DNA of 64,000 nucleotides from Bacteroidales bacterium (GCA_028282585.1 JANQHR010000049.1:15226-79225), one strand, 5' to 3'; counted from the stretch's first letter, positions 29,659 through 38,534 are shown. Notes: generated from the letters alone by a model not told the origin. Program-made: numbers and translations.

Positions 29659-31107
29659 TTATTTCTTTTTCGTTGCATTGTATGCCAAACTTAATAGTGG
29701 GTTTGCAACTAAAGACACGATCATACCTACCGTGCCTGCTTGTGGCGATGGCATTCCTGTGACATATAATAAAATACAAGAAGCTAATCCAATAAATGCT
29801 GAACTTAATCCGCCAAATTGATTGCTCCATTTTGTAAATAGTCCCCAAATAAATGGACCTAAAAAGAATGAACCAATTGCTCCCCATGAAATTCCTAAAA
29901 TGGCAACTATAGAGTCCGGTTTTATTAACGCAATTATTACTGAAATTAATACAAATGCCACGCTGCCAAACCTCATTAATGATGTTAAGCCTTTATCACT
30001 CACATTTTTATTTACAAATCCTGCGTAGAAATCTTTAACAACAGAAGAGCTTGAGATCAAAACCAAAGCTGCTAATGTTGACATAGATGCTGATAAAATT
30101 AAGATTAGAATAATAATGGTCAATGATTCGGGAACTACATAATTCAATAACTCTGGCATCAAAGCATCCGGATCTAACGTACCTTCAACACCATTTGGAA
30201 ATGATAATGGTGCATTTGTTGGATTTAAAAATACTCTGGTTGTCGAGCCTATAAAATATGCAATACAACCAATCAATAATGCGAAAAAAGTAGATGCAAC
30301 CATTCCAACTTTGATGGATTTTTTATCTTTAATTGCATAGAACTTCTGCACAAGTTGTGGCATTGCAAAAGGTGCAACACTGGTTAAAAATATTAACGAG
30401 AAAAGTGGCCACCAACCAGGAGGGCCAACTACCTTTGTTAACTTTGGATCAATATTGGATAATATTTCCGTTATCGAAACCATTCCTCCACCTTTATTCA
30501 CCGTAAATAAAACAAGGACTATAACACTAGCTGTCATGATCATTCCAAAAATTGTATCAATCATGGTCATGGATTTATAACCGCCTAATGATAAATAAAG
30601 TGAAGTAAAAGCACCCATCGCAACAACAATATGCCAATACTCGATTTCTGGAAATGAAGCTTCAAAAAGCTTCGATAATCCAATAAATACTGCTGCCGAA
30701 TAAGGAACTAAGAAAATAAATATTGCAATAGATGAAGCTAACTTAAAAAAGCTATTTTTATATCTTTTCTCAAGAAATTCGCTTAAAGTTGAAACACCAT
30801 ATTCGGTAGACATTTTCTTTATTTTCCAGCCTAGAATTGCCCATACTCCTAAAACTCCTATCAAGGCGTTAAATACACCAATCCAGATGCCAGAAAATCC
30901 AAATCCCCATCCTACTTTTCCTGCAAACCCAATAAATACAACCGCTGAAAAATATGCTGTTCCATAAGAAAATGCAGTCATCCAAGGACCAACGTTTCCA
31001 CCACCTAAAAAGAAATCAGAAAATGATTTTGTTTTACGCATTCCTAAAATGCCAACCACAATAATCATTAATGCATATGCTGCTAAAACTATTACTTTAA
31101 CCGCCAT
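29659..31107 (-). CDS. sodium:solute symporter family transporter
   Basis: 482 aa, about 13 hydrophobic segments, SSF-like GGY/GG-rich helices. Substrate unknown. Confidence 0.8.
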   Translation of the reverse strand: MAVKVIVLAAYALMIIVVGILGMRKTKSFSDFFLGGGNVGPWMTAFSYGTAYFSAVVFIGFAGKVGWGFGFSGIWIGVFNALIGVLGVWAILGWKIKKMSTEYGVSTLSEFLEKRYKNSFFKLASSIAIFIFLVPYSAAVFIGLSKLFEASFPEIEYWHIVVAMGAFTSLYLSLGGYKSMTMIDTIFGMIMTASVIVLVLFTVNKGGGMVSITEILSNIDPKLTKVVGPPGWWPLFSLIFLTSVAPFAMPQLVQKFYAIKDKKSIKVGMVASTFFALLIGCIAYFIGSTTRVFLNPTNAPLSFPNGVEGTLDPDALMPELLNYVVPESLTIIILILILSASMSTLAALVLISSSSVVKDFYAGFVNKNVSDKGLTSLMRFGSVAFVLISVIIALIKPDSIVAILGISWGAIGSFFLGPFIWGLFTKWSNQFGGLSSAFIGLASCILLYVTGMPSPQAGTVGMIVSLVANPLLSLAYNATKKK

Positions 31108-31118
31108 TTTTAATATTT

Positions 31119-32396
31119 TTAAAAGAAGTGGAATACAGTAAACATTAACCTTGTATTCGATACTTCATGTGATTTTGTAAATTCTCCGTATTTGTTTGCA
31201 ACATCACCATATGCTGCTACTGTATATTCTAACTCAACCGCTAACATAAAATTATTGATCTTATGAGATACCGTTGGTGCAATTCTATAAAAATAATCTA
31301 CATTTAAGGCCATTCCATAAGCATCTCCTATTATTGGATCATCTGCCCCTAAATTTTTTGTATAGCCACCAAACAATGCAAACTTTGTTTGTTCACCATA
31401 GATTATATTTGCCCAGGAATAGAAATGGTTATATGGGGTATATTTTTCTCGCCCTGTAATACTATCCAAGCTACTAACACCGTAACCTCCAGGCATAACG
31501 CTTTCCGAAAGGTTTTGCCCATAGATAGCTTTTGCTTTAACTTCCCATTTAGGATTTTTATATTTAAAATATCCCATATACGAAATTGAATTTAATTTCT
31601 CATTGGTTACGAATAAGGAATCGTAAGTTGGATCAACATTAACTAACGATTCTGTTTCTAACCTGGGCATTATTGATTTATAATCAACGGCTGCGCCAAA
31701 TAAGAAATTACCTGGCTTATATTGAAGTTGCAAATGTAAATTAGGAATATTTGCATTTTTAATATACTGAGCAGATTTTCCATCCGGACCTGAACTTACA
31801 TAATCACTTTGAGATATCGCAGCACCAATTACCTTAAATTTTCCTAATTCATGAGAAACCTGTAACATTGGGCTTCGGTTAAAAGGTTGAAAAGGAATAC
31901 CTGTGTTTAAAGACATAACCGAAGGAAAAACCTCCTTTACAAACATTGGGTGCCATTCGCGTCCTAATAAAACCTCAGTTTTTTCCCAATTTAATCTAGA
32001 ATACGCATGGCGTAATCGAACCCTGCTAGTATAATAATTTCCAGTGATTCCTGTCCAGTCAACCTCCACTAATCCGGTTAATTTTGCCCCGAATACGTCC
32101 GGCCCTGTTACTTTTCCTCTTACTCTTGTCGAAATATCAACGATACCAAGAGAACCATGCGCATTTATATCTTCTCCATTTTCATCTAATTCTTTATCCT
32201 TTGGGTAAAGTAATAATAAATCTTCTAATACTTCTACATTTTGGCGGGTATCAAAGAATACATCGCTTTTTATAAATCCTGAAGGTTCAAATTTTATCTT
32301 CCTTTCTACCGTTGCGGAGGGTTTTTCTTCTGTTTCTTGGGCAAACAAAAAATTAATCGAGAGTACTAATAATAAAACCAAATATCCTTTTCTCAT
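31119..32396 (-). CDS. putative outer-membrane porin-like beta-barrel protein
   Basis: 425 aa. Signal peptide MRKGYLVLLLVLSINFLFAQ, alternating-strand pattern, ends MFTVFHFF. Confidence 0.55.
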   Translation of the reverse strand: MRKGYLVLLLVLSINFLFAQETEEKPSATVERKIKFEPSGFIKSDVFFDTRQNVEVLEDLLLLYPKDKELDENGEDINAHGSLGIVDISTRVRGKVTGPDVFGAKLTGLVEVDWTGITGNYYTSRVRLRHAYSRLNWEKTEVLLGREWHPMFVKEVFPSVMSLNTGIPFQPFNRSPMLQVSHELGKFKVIGAAISQSDYVSSGPDGKSAQYIKNANIPNLHLQLQYKPGNFLFGAAVDYKSIMPRLETESLVNVDPTYDSLFVTNEKLNSISYMGYFKYKNPKWEVKAKAIYGQNLSESVMPGGYGVSSLDSITGREKYTPYNHFYSWANIIYGEQTKFALFGGYTKNLGADDPIIGDAYGMALNVDYFYRIAPTVSHKINNFMLAVELEYTVAAYGDVANKYGEFTKSHEVSNTRLMFTVFHFF

Positions 32397-32399
32397 TTT

Positions 32400-32564
32400 T
32401 TATTCTTTAACTTCCTCCGTTTTTATAAACCCAAAGCGTTGGAAACCTTTTAAAAGCTCTTCTTTTACTTGTGGCCATTTAAGGATTATACCTAGAATTA
32501 GCATAATTGCCAACGCTAAAAGCAGTTTCTCATTAAATCTTAAATCCTTAAATTTTTTCATCAT
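32400..32564 (-). CDS. small single-TM protein (54 aa), not in the ORF track
   Basis: Hand translation: MMKKFKDLRFNEKLLLALAIMLILGIILKWPQVKEELLKGFQRFGFIKTEEVKE. Its ATG directly abuts the stop of the upstream gene (32565), and its stop lies 3 nt before the next ATG (32396), so it fills an otherwise empty 168 nt operon gap. Confidence 0.5.
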   Translation of the reverse strand: MMKKFKDLRFNEKLLLALAIMLILGIILKWPQVKEELLKGFQRFGFIKTEEVKE

Positions 32565-34622
32565 TTATTTTTCAATTCTAATTCTGGCATCAACTGCTAC
32601 TACTTTATCTGATTTTCCTAGCAAAGGATTCAAATCCATTTCGGCAATTTCAGGTGCAACCTGAACCATTGCTCCAACACGAGTTACAATTTCTGCAAAC
32701 ATTTCCTCGTTCACACCCTCTTGCCCACGAGCTCCTTGAATAATTCCGTAACTTTTTAATCCTTTGATCATCTTTTCTGCTTCATCCTTGGCAATTGGGG
32801 CAAGACCTGCATTCACATCTTTTAGAACTTCTATAAAAATTCCACCTAATCCACAAAGAACCATATGCCCGAATTTAGGTTCTGCTTTAGCTCCAACAAA
32901 TAACTCTGTTCCTGATAACATAGGTTGCAACAAAATTGCTGTAGTATCCTTGATTTGAATCATCCTGTCAAATTCGGTCGCAACAGCTTGTTCATCTTTC
33001 ACATTTAATACAACTCCACCAACATCAGATTTATGAACTGGCCCAACTACTTTCATCACAACAGGCAAACCTAGTTCTTTAGCAGCTTTAATAGCATCTT
33101 CTCGAGTTGTAACCACTGCCTCTCCTGCCCTTGATATTCCCGCAGCATCTAGCAAAGCTTGCACTTTTTCCGGAGAGATATATCCATCTTCAGTATTATC
33201 CACTATTTTTCTAATTGCAGTGCGATCAATATCTGGTAATTCGATATTTTCAGGAGCAGGTTTTTCCGCATGGTAAACCTTTGCTAAAGCATTCCCAAAA
33301 ACTACTTCATCAGGAAAGTTTATTCTTCCTTTAGCTATAAATGCGTCAATCTCATCTTTTACATTAATTATAGATGGTAAAATTGGATAAATTGGCTTTT
33401 TACAGGTTTTCATTTTCTCATCCAGTAAATCGTATACATCATAAACCGGAAATAAGCCAGGGCTTCCAAAAATTACAACCATTGCATCAATGTGATCAAA
33501 ATCGTTTTCACATGCATCTATAATATAACCTAATTGTTCGGTAGTTCCTGTTGCCAGAAAGTCAATTGGATTTGCAATTGATGATCCGGCATATAGTTTC
33601 TCTAATAATAATTCGGCTTTAGGGCCTTCAATCGGAGGAATTTCTAACGCATTATTTGAAAGTGCATCGGTTAACATAACTGCTGGACCACCGGCGTGTG
33701 TAATAATTGCAATATTTTTTCCTTGTAACTCAGGATACATAAAAATAGATGCAATTGTTGACAGTTCTTCGCGACTTGCACAACGAACAATACCTGCCTT
33801 TCTAAATAGTGCATCAACAGCTACATCCGAATTTGCTAAAGCTCCGGTGTGTGAAGAAGCAGCTCTGCTTCCAGCTTCTGAGCTACCTGATTTTATAGCT
33901 GCTATTTTACACCCTTTCCTTATTAAAGAAGAGGCATGCTTTAGTAATTTTTGAGGCTTGTCTATACTTTCTACATAAAGTGATTTAACCCTGGAGCTCG
34001 ATTCCGGATCAAAAGTTTCATCCAAATATTCCAGAACTTCTTCAACACCTATCTGTGCACTGTTACCAACAGAAAATACACTTGAAAATTTTAACCCTTT
34101 TGGCACCGAACATTCCATAATGTATACTGCAGTTGCTCCTGAACCTGAAATAAAATCAACTCCCTGAGGATCTAATTTAGGAATTGGGGTTGTAAACACT
34201 CCGCTGTAATTCTGATTTAAAACACCTACACAATTCGGACCAATTAAGGATGCATTATTTGCATTAACAATATCAACTAATTCCTGTTCAAGTTTGGCAC
34301 CTTCATCGTTTTCTTCACTAAATCCAGCTGATAAAATAATAAATGCCTTTGTATTTTTACGTTCAGCTAATACTCTTACGGTGTCCGGACAAAACTTAGC
34401 TGCAATAGCTAAAATAGCCATATCTACTTGTGGTAAATCATCCTGGTTTCTAAAACTTTTTATACCTTGTACTTTATCCTCTTTAGGATTTGTAACATAT
34501 AAATCACCCTTAAAGTTACCATCAATCAGGTTTTTTAATACCTTTCCTCCCGGCTTTTGAATATTGTCTGAACCGCCTATAACTACAATACTCTTGGGAT
34601 CGAGAAGCTGTTTTGTTATCAT
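32565..34622 (-). CDS. ADP-forming acyl-CoA synthetase (fused alpha-beta, NDP-forming ACD family)
   Basis: 685 aa. N-terminal CoA-binding/SCS-alpha-like region (GPNCVG), phospho-His loop SSHTGALA, C-terminal ATP-grasp region. Confidence 0.85.
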   Translation of the reverse strand: MITKQLLDPKSIVVIGGSDNIQKPGGKVLKNLIDGNFKGDLYVTNPKEDKVQGIKSFRNQDDLPQVDMAILAIAAKFCPDTVRVLAERKNTKAFIILSAGFSEENDEGAKLEQELVDIVNANNASLIGPNCVGVLNQNYSGVFTTPIPKLDPQGVDFISGSGATAVYIMECSVPKGLKFSSVFSVGNSAQIGVEEVLEYLDETFDPESSSRVKSLYVESIDKPQKLLKHASSLIRKGCKIAAIKSGSSEAGSRAASSHTGALANSDVAVDALFRKAGIVRCASREELSTIASIFMYPELQGKNIAIITHAGGPAVMLTDALSNNALEIPPIEGPKAELLLEKLYAGSSIANPIDFLATGTTEQLGYIIDACENDFDHIDAMVVIFGSPGLFPVYDVYDLLDEKMKTCKKPIYPILPSIINVKDEIDAFIAKGRINFPDEVVFGNALAKVYHAEKPAPENIELPDIDRTAIRKIVDNTEDGYISPEKVQALLDAAGISRAGEAVVTTREDAIKAAKELGLPVVMKVVGPVHKSDVGGVVLNVKDEQAVATEFDRMIQIKDTTAILLQPMLSGTELFVGAKAEPKFGHMVLCGLGGIFIEVLKDVNAGLAPIAKDEAEKMIKGLKSYGIIQGARGQEGVNEEMFAEIVTRVGAMVQVAPEIAEMDLNPLLGKSDKVVAVDARIRIEK

Positions 34623-34657
34623 AATTACAATTTTTTACTATTTTTTTGAAAGTTGCA

Positions 34658-34665
34658 CAAATTTA
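34658..34665 (-). promoter_or_regulatory. -7 box TAAATTTG (minus strand) for the ten-gene operon
   Basis: TAnnTTTG match 36 nt upstream of ATG 34622. Confidence 0.4.
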
Positions 34666-34875
34666 GTAAAAAAATAGCTGTATTATGGTTTCAAATTGTA
34701 AGCATATTATTGGATTTTGTTTTAATTTGAAACTAAGGACTAAGATGTACAATAAATTGCAAAACTTACATTGTTTAACATATTTTACAACATATGAAGA
34801 ATCAGTAAGATTATTGCTCGTTGATAAAGGTTATCAATTACTTAATTTTAATTCCTAAAATATGTAGAAGTGCAC

Positions 34876-34945
34876 AAGACAAAAAAGTCTTTTACAAAGT
34901 CATTATTTAATCTATATTACTCTGTTTGCTAACCAATTAATACAA
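34876..34945 (+). repeat. copy A of a ~70 bp promoter-like direct repeat
   Basis: AAGACAAAAAAGTCTTTTA is identical to 38836-38854. TCTAT, TTAC, TTTG and AACCAATTAA follow at nearly the same spacing as in copy B. Roughly three-quarters identity by eye. Confidence 0.6.
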
Positions 34946-35036
34946 GAGAACAGGATTAGGTTTACAAAAAAAGATTTTTATAACCGGAATTGCAATCTAC
35001 ATAGGAGGGCTTATTTTAAGTCGCCCTCCTTTTTTA
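34946..35036 (+). ncRNA. candidate small RNA (orphan promoter-like repeat followed by an orphan terminator)
   Basis: No ORF and no plus-strand gene within 3 kb downstream. The segment ends in a strong plus-oriented intrinsic terminator. Confidence 0.3.
35004..35036 (+). terminator. orphan rho-independent terminator (plus orientation)
   Basis: GGAGGGC, a 12 nt loop, GCCCTCC, then TTTTTTATTTT. The T-run is present only on the plus strand. Confidence 0.65.
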
Positions 35037-35234
35037 TTTTAATTTAATTGTCACATAAACTAAAGAATAGTTTAAATCGCTGAATTATGATTGTTAGCTA
35101 TAAATAAAATAACATAAATTTAAACTCAAAATAACTATTAATTATTTAAAAATCTGACAGATATTTTTTTATGTAATAAAATAACCATTCCGTGCTTATA
35201 ATACTAAAAAATTTTTAACACTAATTTAATTTTA

Positions 35235-36434
35235 TTAATTACAGTTTTCAACTAAAACCTTTGGCACCTTCATAATTATGGCAATATGATTTTCTCCTGC
35301 ACCAGAAGAGGTAATTAGAATATTATCTCCTGCTTTAATTTTATTTTTTTCAATTGCATCCAGCAAATTTACCCCTGCGCTACAATTAGCTACATTACCA
35401 TACGTTTGGAATGTTTCATGAAATTTTTCACTTGGAATTCCTATTGCTTCTCGCCAAGCATTGGCTGCCCATGATACAGGTTGATGCGTTACTAAAAAGT
35501 CTATATCTTCAACCGATTTAGACGCTTTTTCTAAAGCCTGATCCACCACATATTTCAAATCTTTTTGGGCATTCATTGCTATAGTTTTTAAAGAATCGTA
35601 ATTTAAAAAAGTCGTAAACTGCTGGCTATAAGATGGGCCTAATTCTAACTTCTTGAATAACAAAGGAGAACGATCTGTATAAACAACTCCATCATGCCTA
35701 TCACCATGGCTATTAGAAAAAGAACTTATATAACCTTCTCCACTTTCAACGGAGCTTACTATTCCTGCCATAGCAGCATCACCTGTATCAACACTCCAAT
35801 AGGTCGATTTATCGTTTACAATACTATCAATAAAGCTACTCACAATTAAAACATTTTTTTTAATTCCTGTTTTGATCAAAGCTACTGCAAGCTCACACAT
35901 GGTAACGAAGGTAGAACAACAAGTATCTATAGCGTAGGCTCCTGCATTTTTTAAGCCAAGCTTATGCTGAATAAGTGAAGCATTTGCCGGAAGAGGCCTA
36001 TCAGGAACTTGTGCGTGAGATAAAACAAGGTCAACATCATCTGGGTTAAGCCCCGCATTTGTTATAGCTAAAGCACCTGCAATAGTCTCTGCATCAGATG
36101 GTAACATTGGGTGAGGAATTATTGAATTTTTTAACGAAACAGGATCCGTTGGCACCCTTCTTCTTTCCTTTGTTCCCTGAAAAGGATTTGCTTGTTTTTT
36201 TTCTGGCATACTCTTGACCCACGCTTCGAACCATGGCTGGCTTTCCCATCCTTCATAATTAGTTTCAATGCTTCCAGGTAGTTTTCCCGTAGATTCAATG
36301 TCATCTATATATTCTCTGTTTAATTCCGTGTAATTTCGAAGATAATCTACTAATTTGTTTTTTTGTTTTTCAGAAAGTTTTTTAGCTGGTAAATATCCTC
36401 CCAAGCTAATTAATCCTACAGATGAATTTGTCAT
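35235..36434 (-). CDS. KAS III (FabH)-like condensing enzyme with intact Cys-His-Asn triad and a large N-terminal-half insertion
   Basis: Start set at ATG 36434 (MTNSSVGLISLGGYLP) rather than the listed TTG 36509. Cys box AIDTCCSTF, His box LVTHQP, Asn box YGNVANCS. About 85 residues lie between GGYLP and RRRVP, where E. coli FabH has about 30. Confidence 0.75.
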   Translation of the reverse strand: MTNSSVGLISLGGYLPAKKLSEKQKNKLVDYLRNYTELNREYIDDIESTGKLPGSIETNYEGWESQPWFEAWVKSMPEKKQANPFQGTKERRRVPTDPVSLKNSIIPHPMLPSDAETIAGALAITNAGLNPDDVDLVLSHAQVPDRPLPANASLIQHKLGLKNAGAYAIDTCCSTFVTMCELAVALIKTGIKKNVLIVSSFIDSIVNDKSTYWSVDTGDAAMAGIVSSVESGEGYISSFSNSHGDRHDGVVYTDRSPLLFKKLELGPSYSQQFTTFLNYDSLKTIAMNAQKDLKYVVDQALEKASKSVEDIDFLVTHQPVSWAANAWREAIGIPSEKFHETFQTYGNVANCSAGVNLLDAIEKNKIKAGDNILITSSGAGENHIAIIMKVPKVLVENCN

Positions 36435-36600
36435 TGTAATTGGTTTTAAGTTTGTGATTGAAATGTAAGTAATAGTTAAAATTTCGCTAATGTAAATTTG
36501 ATTATACAAGAGATTTTAGATAAATTATTTAATCTATATTTTTGATTATTGAAAAAGTATTATTAGGCCTATAAAACTTTTATTCTCTTGCGATTTTAAA

Positions 36601-36619
36601 GGTAAAATAATTTTCAAAA
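36601..36619. repeat. direct repeat GGTAAAATAATTTTCAAAA (copy 1)
   Basis: Recurs with one extra A at 36746-36765. Both copies lie in the 478 nt spacer between the two KAS III-like genes (measured from the ATG 36434 start). Confidence 0.5.
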
Positions 36620-36745
36620 TCAAACTATGTTGTAAAACTCATTAAGCTTACCTCTCGCCTTTTTTTTCTAACTTAATTGATTTACAAGGGAAAAAAAATC
36701 AGTAACAAAACAATATACTTTTTATCGTAAACCTAAAAAAATACT

Positions 36746-36765
36746 GGTAAAATAAATTTTCAAAA
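36746..36765. repeat. direct repeat GGTAAAATAAATTTTCAAAA (copy 2)
   Basis: See copy 1 at 36601-36619. Confidence 0.5.
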
Positions 36766-36912
36766 CATGACATTTAGCATTAAATAAAATAATATTTTTA
36801 CTAAGGTCGTTTTTAGGGCTATTTAAAATCCTAAAAATACTTCAAATTATCTTTCCAATTTACCTGAGTAAATTTACTCTGGGTATCAATTCTTGGCTAG
36901 TTGAAGAAATAT

Positions 36913-37962
36913 TTAATAGCACCATTTGAATAAAGCTGCTCCAGCATTCCATCTCGAACCTAAATCTGAAAACATTACCAAGTCACCATAATTTATTTTA
37001 CCTTTTTTAAGTGCATCATTAGTTATAATAGGAATACTGGAAGTTTCTATACATGCAGTATCTTCTAGCGTATCATGAACAAGGTCGTAATTAATACCTA
37101 CATTCTGAGCCCATTTTTCATTTAATCCTAAAAACTTCTGAGCAAAAATATACCTGTTAATTTCATCCGGTTTTATTTTTAAATCTTGTAAGATTTTATG
37201 TATCGAAAAAGGAATTAGATTCTCTACATACGGTAAATCATTTTTAAAGCTATCAGGATGAATAGTAAAGTATGGCCTTATTGAATATAATTCCTCAGCC
37301 GGACTAGGAAATCCACCGGTGATTCTAACTTCCGCTGCCACTCCTTCTTTATTGTCAGACATCAGATGAAAACCCAAAAGCCCATATCCTGGTTCTGTTT
37401 CACTTAATATAAAAGCACCTGCTCCATCTCCAACTAACAAAGCTTTGCCTATTTCATTATGGGTACTTTCTAATAAAGTTTCGCCCGATACTACTAATAC
37501 ATTTTTATAAAACCCTGAACTAACAAACGAGGCTCCAGTCAATAAAGAATAAATCCATCCCGAAAAACCCGCATCAATATTTATTGATGTCGCATTTACT
37601 GCACCAATTTCTGTTTGGATTTCAATACAATTAGGAGGTGTAAATTTATTCATATCACGACTAACATGCGTAACAACAACCATGTCGATATCAGTCGGTA
37701 AAAGATCTGAATTTTCAATTGCATTTAATGCAGCCTTTATTGCCATTTGTGTATAGGTTTGTCCATTCGCATAATGCCTTTTTTTTATTCCCGTCACTTC
37801 ATCAATAAATTTTTTCTCGGCATTTGTAAGATTTACTTTTTTAAATTCACTATTTTCCACAATCTTACCGGGCAAATAACTTCCAACAGACTTTATACCA
37901 ACGGGTTTTAAAGGCTTTACAACTTTTGTATTTGATAACTGATATTTTTTTTTGTTTATCAT
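36913..37962 (-). CDS. KAS III (FabH)-like protein lacking the catalytic triad (predicted non-catalytic paralog)
   Basis: 349 aa. FabH scaffold retained (VGSYLPG, LVGDGAGA, C-terminal GAALFKW). The Cys box reads DAGFSGWIYSL (Cys->Phe), the His box IFAQKFLGL (His->Ala) and the Asn box TACIETSSIP (Asn->Cys). Confidence 0.7.
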   Translation of the reverse strand: MINKKKYQLSNTKVVKPLKPVGIKSVGSYLPGKIVENSEFKKVNLTNAEKKFIDEVTGIKKRHYANGQTYTQMAIKAALNAIENSDLLPTDIDMVVVTHVSRDMNKFTPPNCIEIQTEIGAVNATSINIDAGFSGWIYSLLTGASFVSSGFYKNVLVVSGETLLESTHNEIGKALLVGDGAGAFILSETEPGYGLLGFHLMSDNKEGVAAEVRITGGFPSPAEELYSIRPYFTIHPDSFKNDLPYVENLIPFSIHKILQDLKIKPDEINRYIFAQKFLGLNEKWAQNVGINYDLVHDTLEDTACIETSSIPIITNDALKKGKINYGDLVMFSDLGSRWNAGAALFKWCY

Positions 37963-38082
37963 CTTGTAAATTATTATAAACGATTAGTATTTTTTATTAC
38001 ATTAGCGATTCATTTTAGTATAATTTCTTACTAAAACTTAACCATACAATTTTAACCATTTTAATTAAATTTTTAAAGAACT

Positions 38083-38484
38083 ATGAAAAATCAAATTGTA
38101 TCAAATGAGTATTTTACTATTAATTATGACAGCGCTAAAAACCGTGTTTATGCAAGCTTTAATGGATTCTGGGGCACAATGCAAATCATGGATGAGTATC
38201 GCTCTTATTTAACAAAAGTATGTAATATGGTAAAAAGCAATTTTACCATGGTAGCTGACCTTAGATCTTTTAAAACGCTCCCTAATGATTTAGTTCCTAA
38301 ACAGAAACAATCAATGGACGACCTCGCTAAGGCAGGAATGTCCAAAGTTGCTGTTATAGTTCCGGAAAGTGTAATTTCCGAAGTGCAGTTAAAGTCCTCA
38401 ATGAATGAAACTGCTATGCCTGAAAAACAATTCTCTACAGTGGAGGGTGGAGAAGAATGGCTTGATAGTGTAAGCGCTAATTAA
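38083..38484 (+). CDS. small cytoplasmic protein, STAS/SpoIIAA-like (weak assignment)
   Basis: 133 aa, no signal peptide. The pattern (F..NY......VYASF.G........Y......V........MVADLR) resembles SpoIIAA-like DUF proteins from memory. Divergent from the triad-less KAS III gene and followed by a strong terminator. Confidence 0.45.
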   Translation: MKNQIVSNEYFTINYDSAKNRVYASFNGFWGTMQIMDEYRSYLTKVCNMVKSNFTMVADLRSFKTLPNDLVPKQKQSMDDLAKAGMSKVAVIVPESVISEVQLKSSMNETAMPEKQFSTVEGGEEWLDSVSAN

Positions 38485-38496
38485 TAAATGCAATTT

Positions 38497-38534
38497 AGGC
38501 TGTCTAAAGGTTAAGGGACAGCCTTTTTCTTTTT
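38497..38534 (+). terminator. rho-independent terminator after the STAS-like gene
   Basis: AGGCTGTC, a 12 nt loop, GACAGCCT, then TTTTCTTTTT. Confidence 0.75.

Noticed and set aside
36435-36509. TTG-initiated N-terminal extension of the catalytic KAS III gene (MYNQIYISEILTITYISITNLKPIT).
   Set aside because: The extension is low-complexity and AT-driven. The ATG at 36434 gives an N-terminus (MTNSSVGLISLGGYLP) that aligns with the start of FabH-family proteins.
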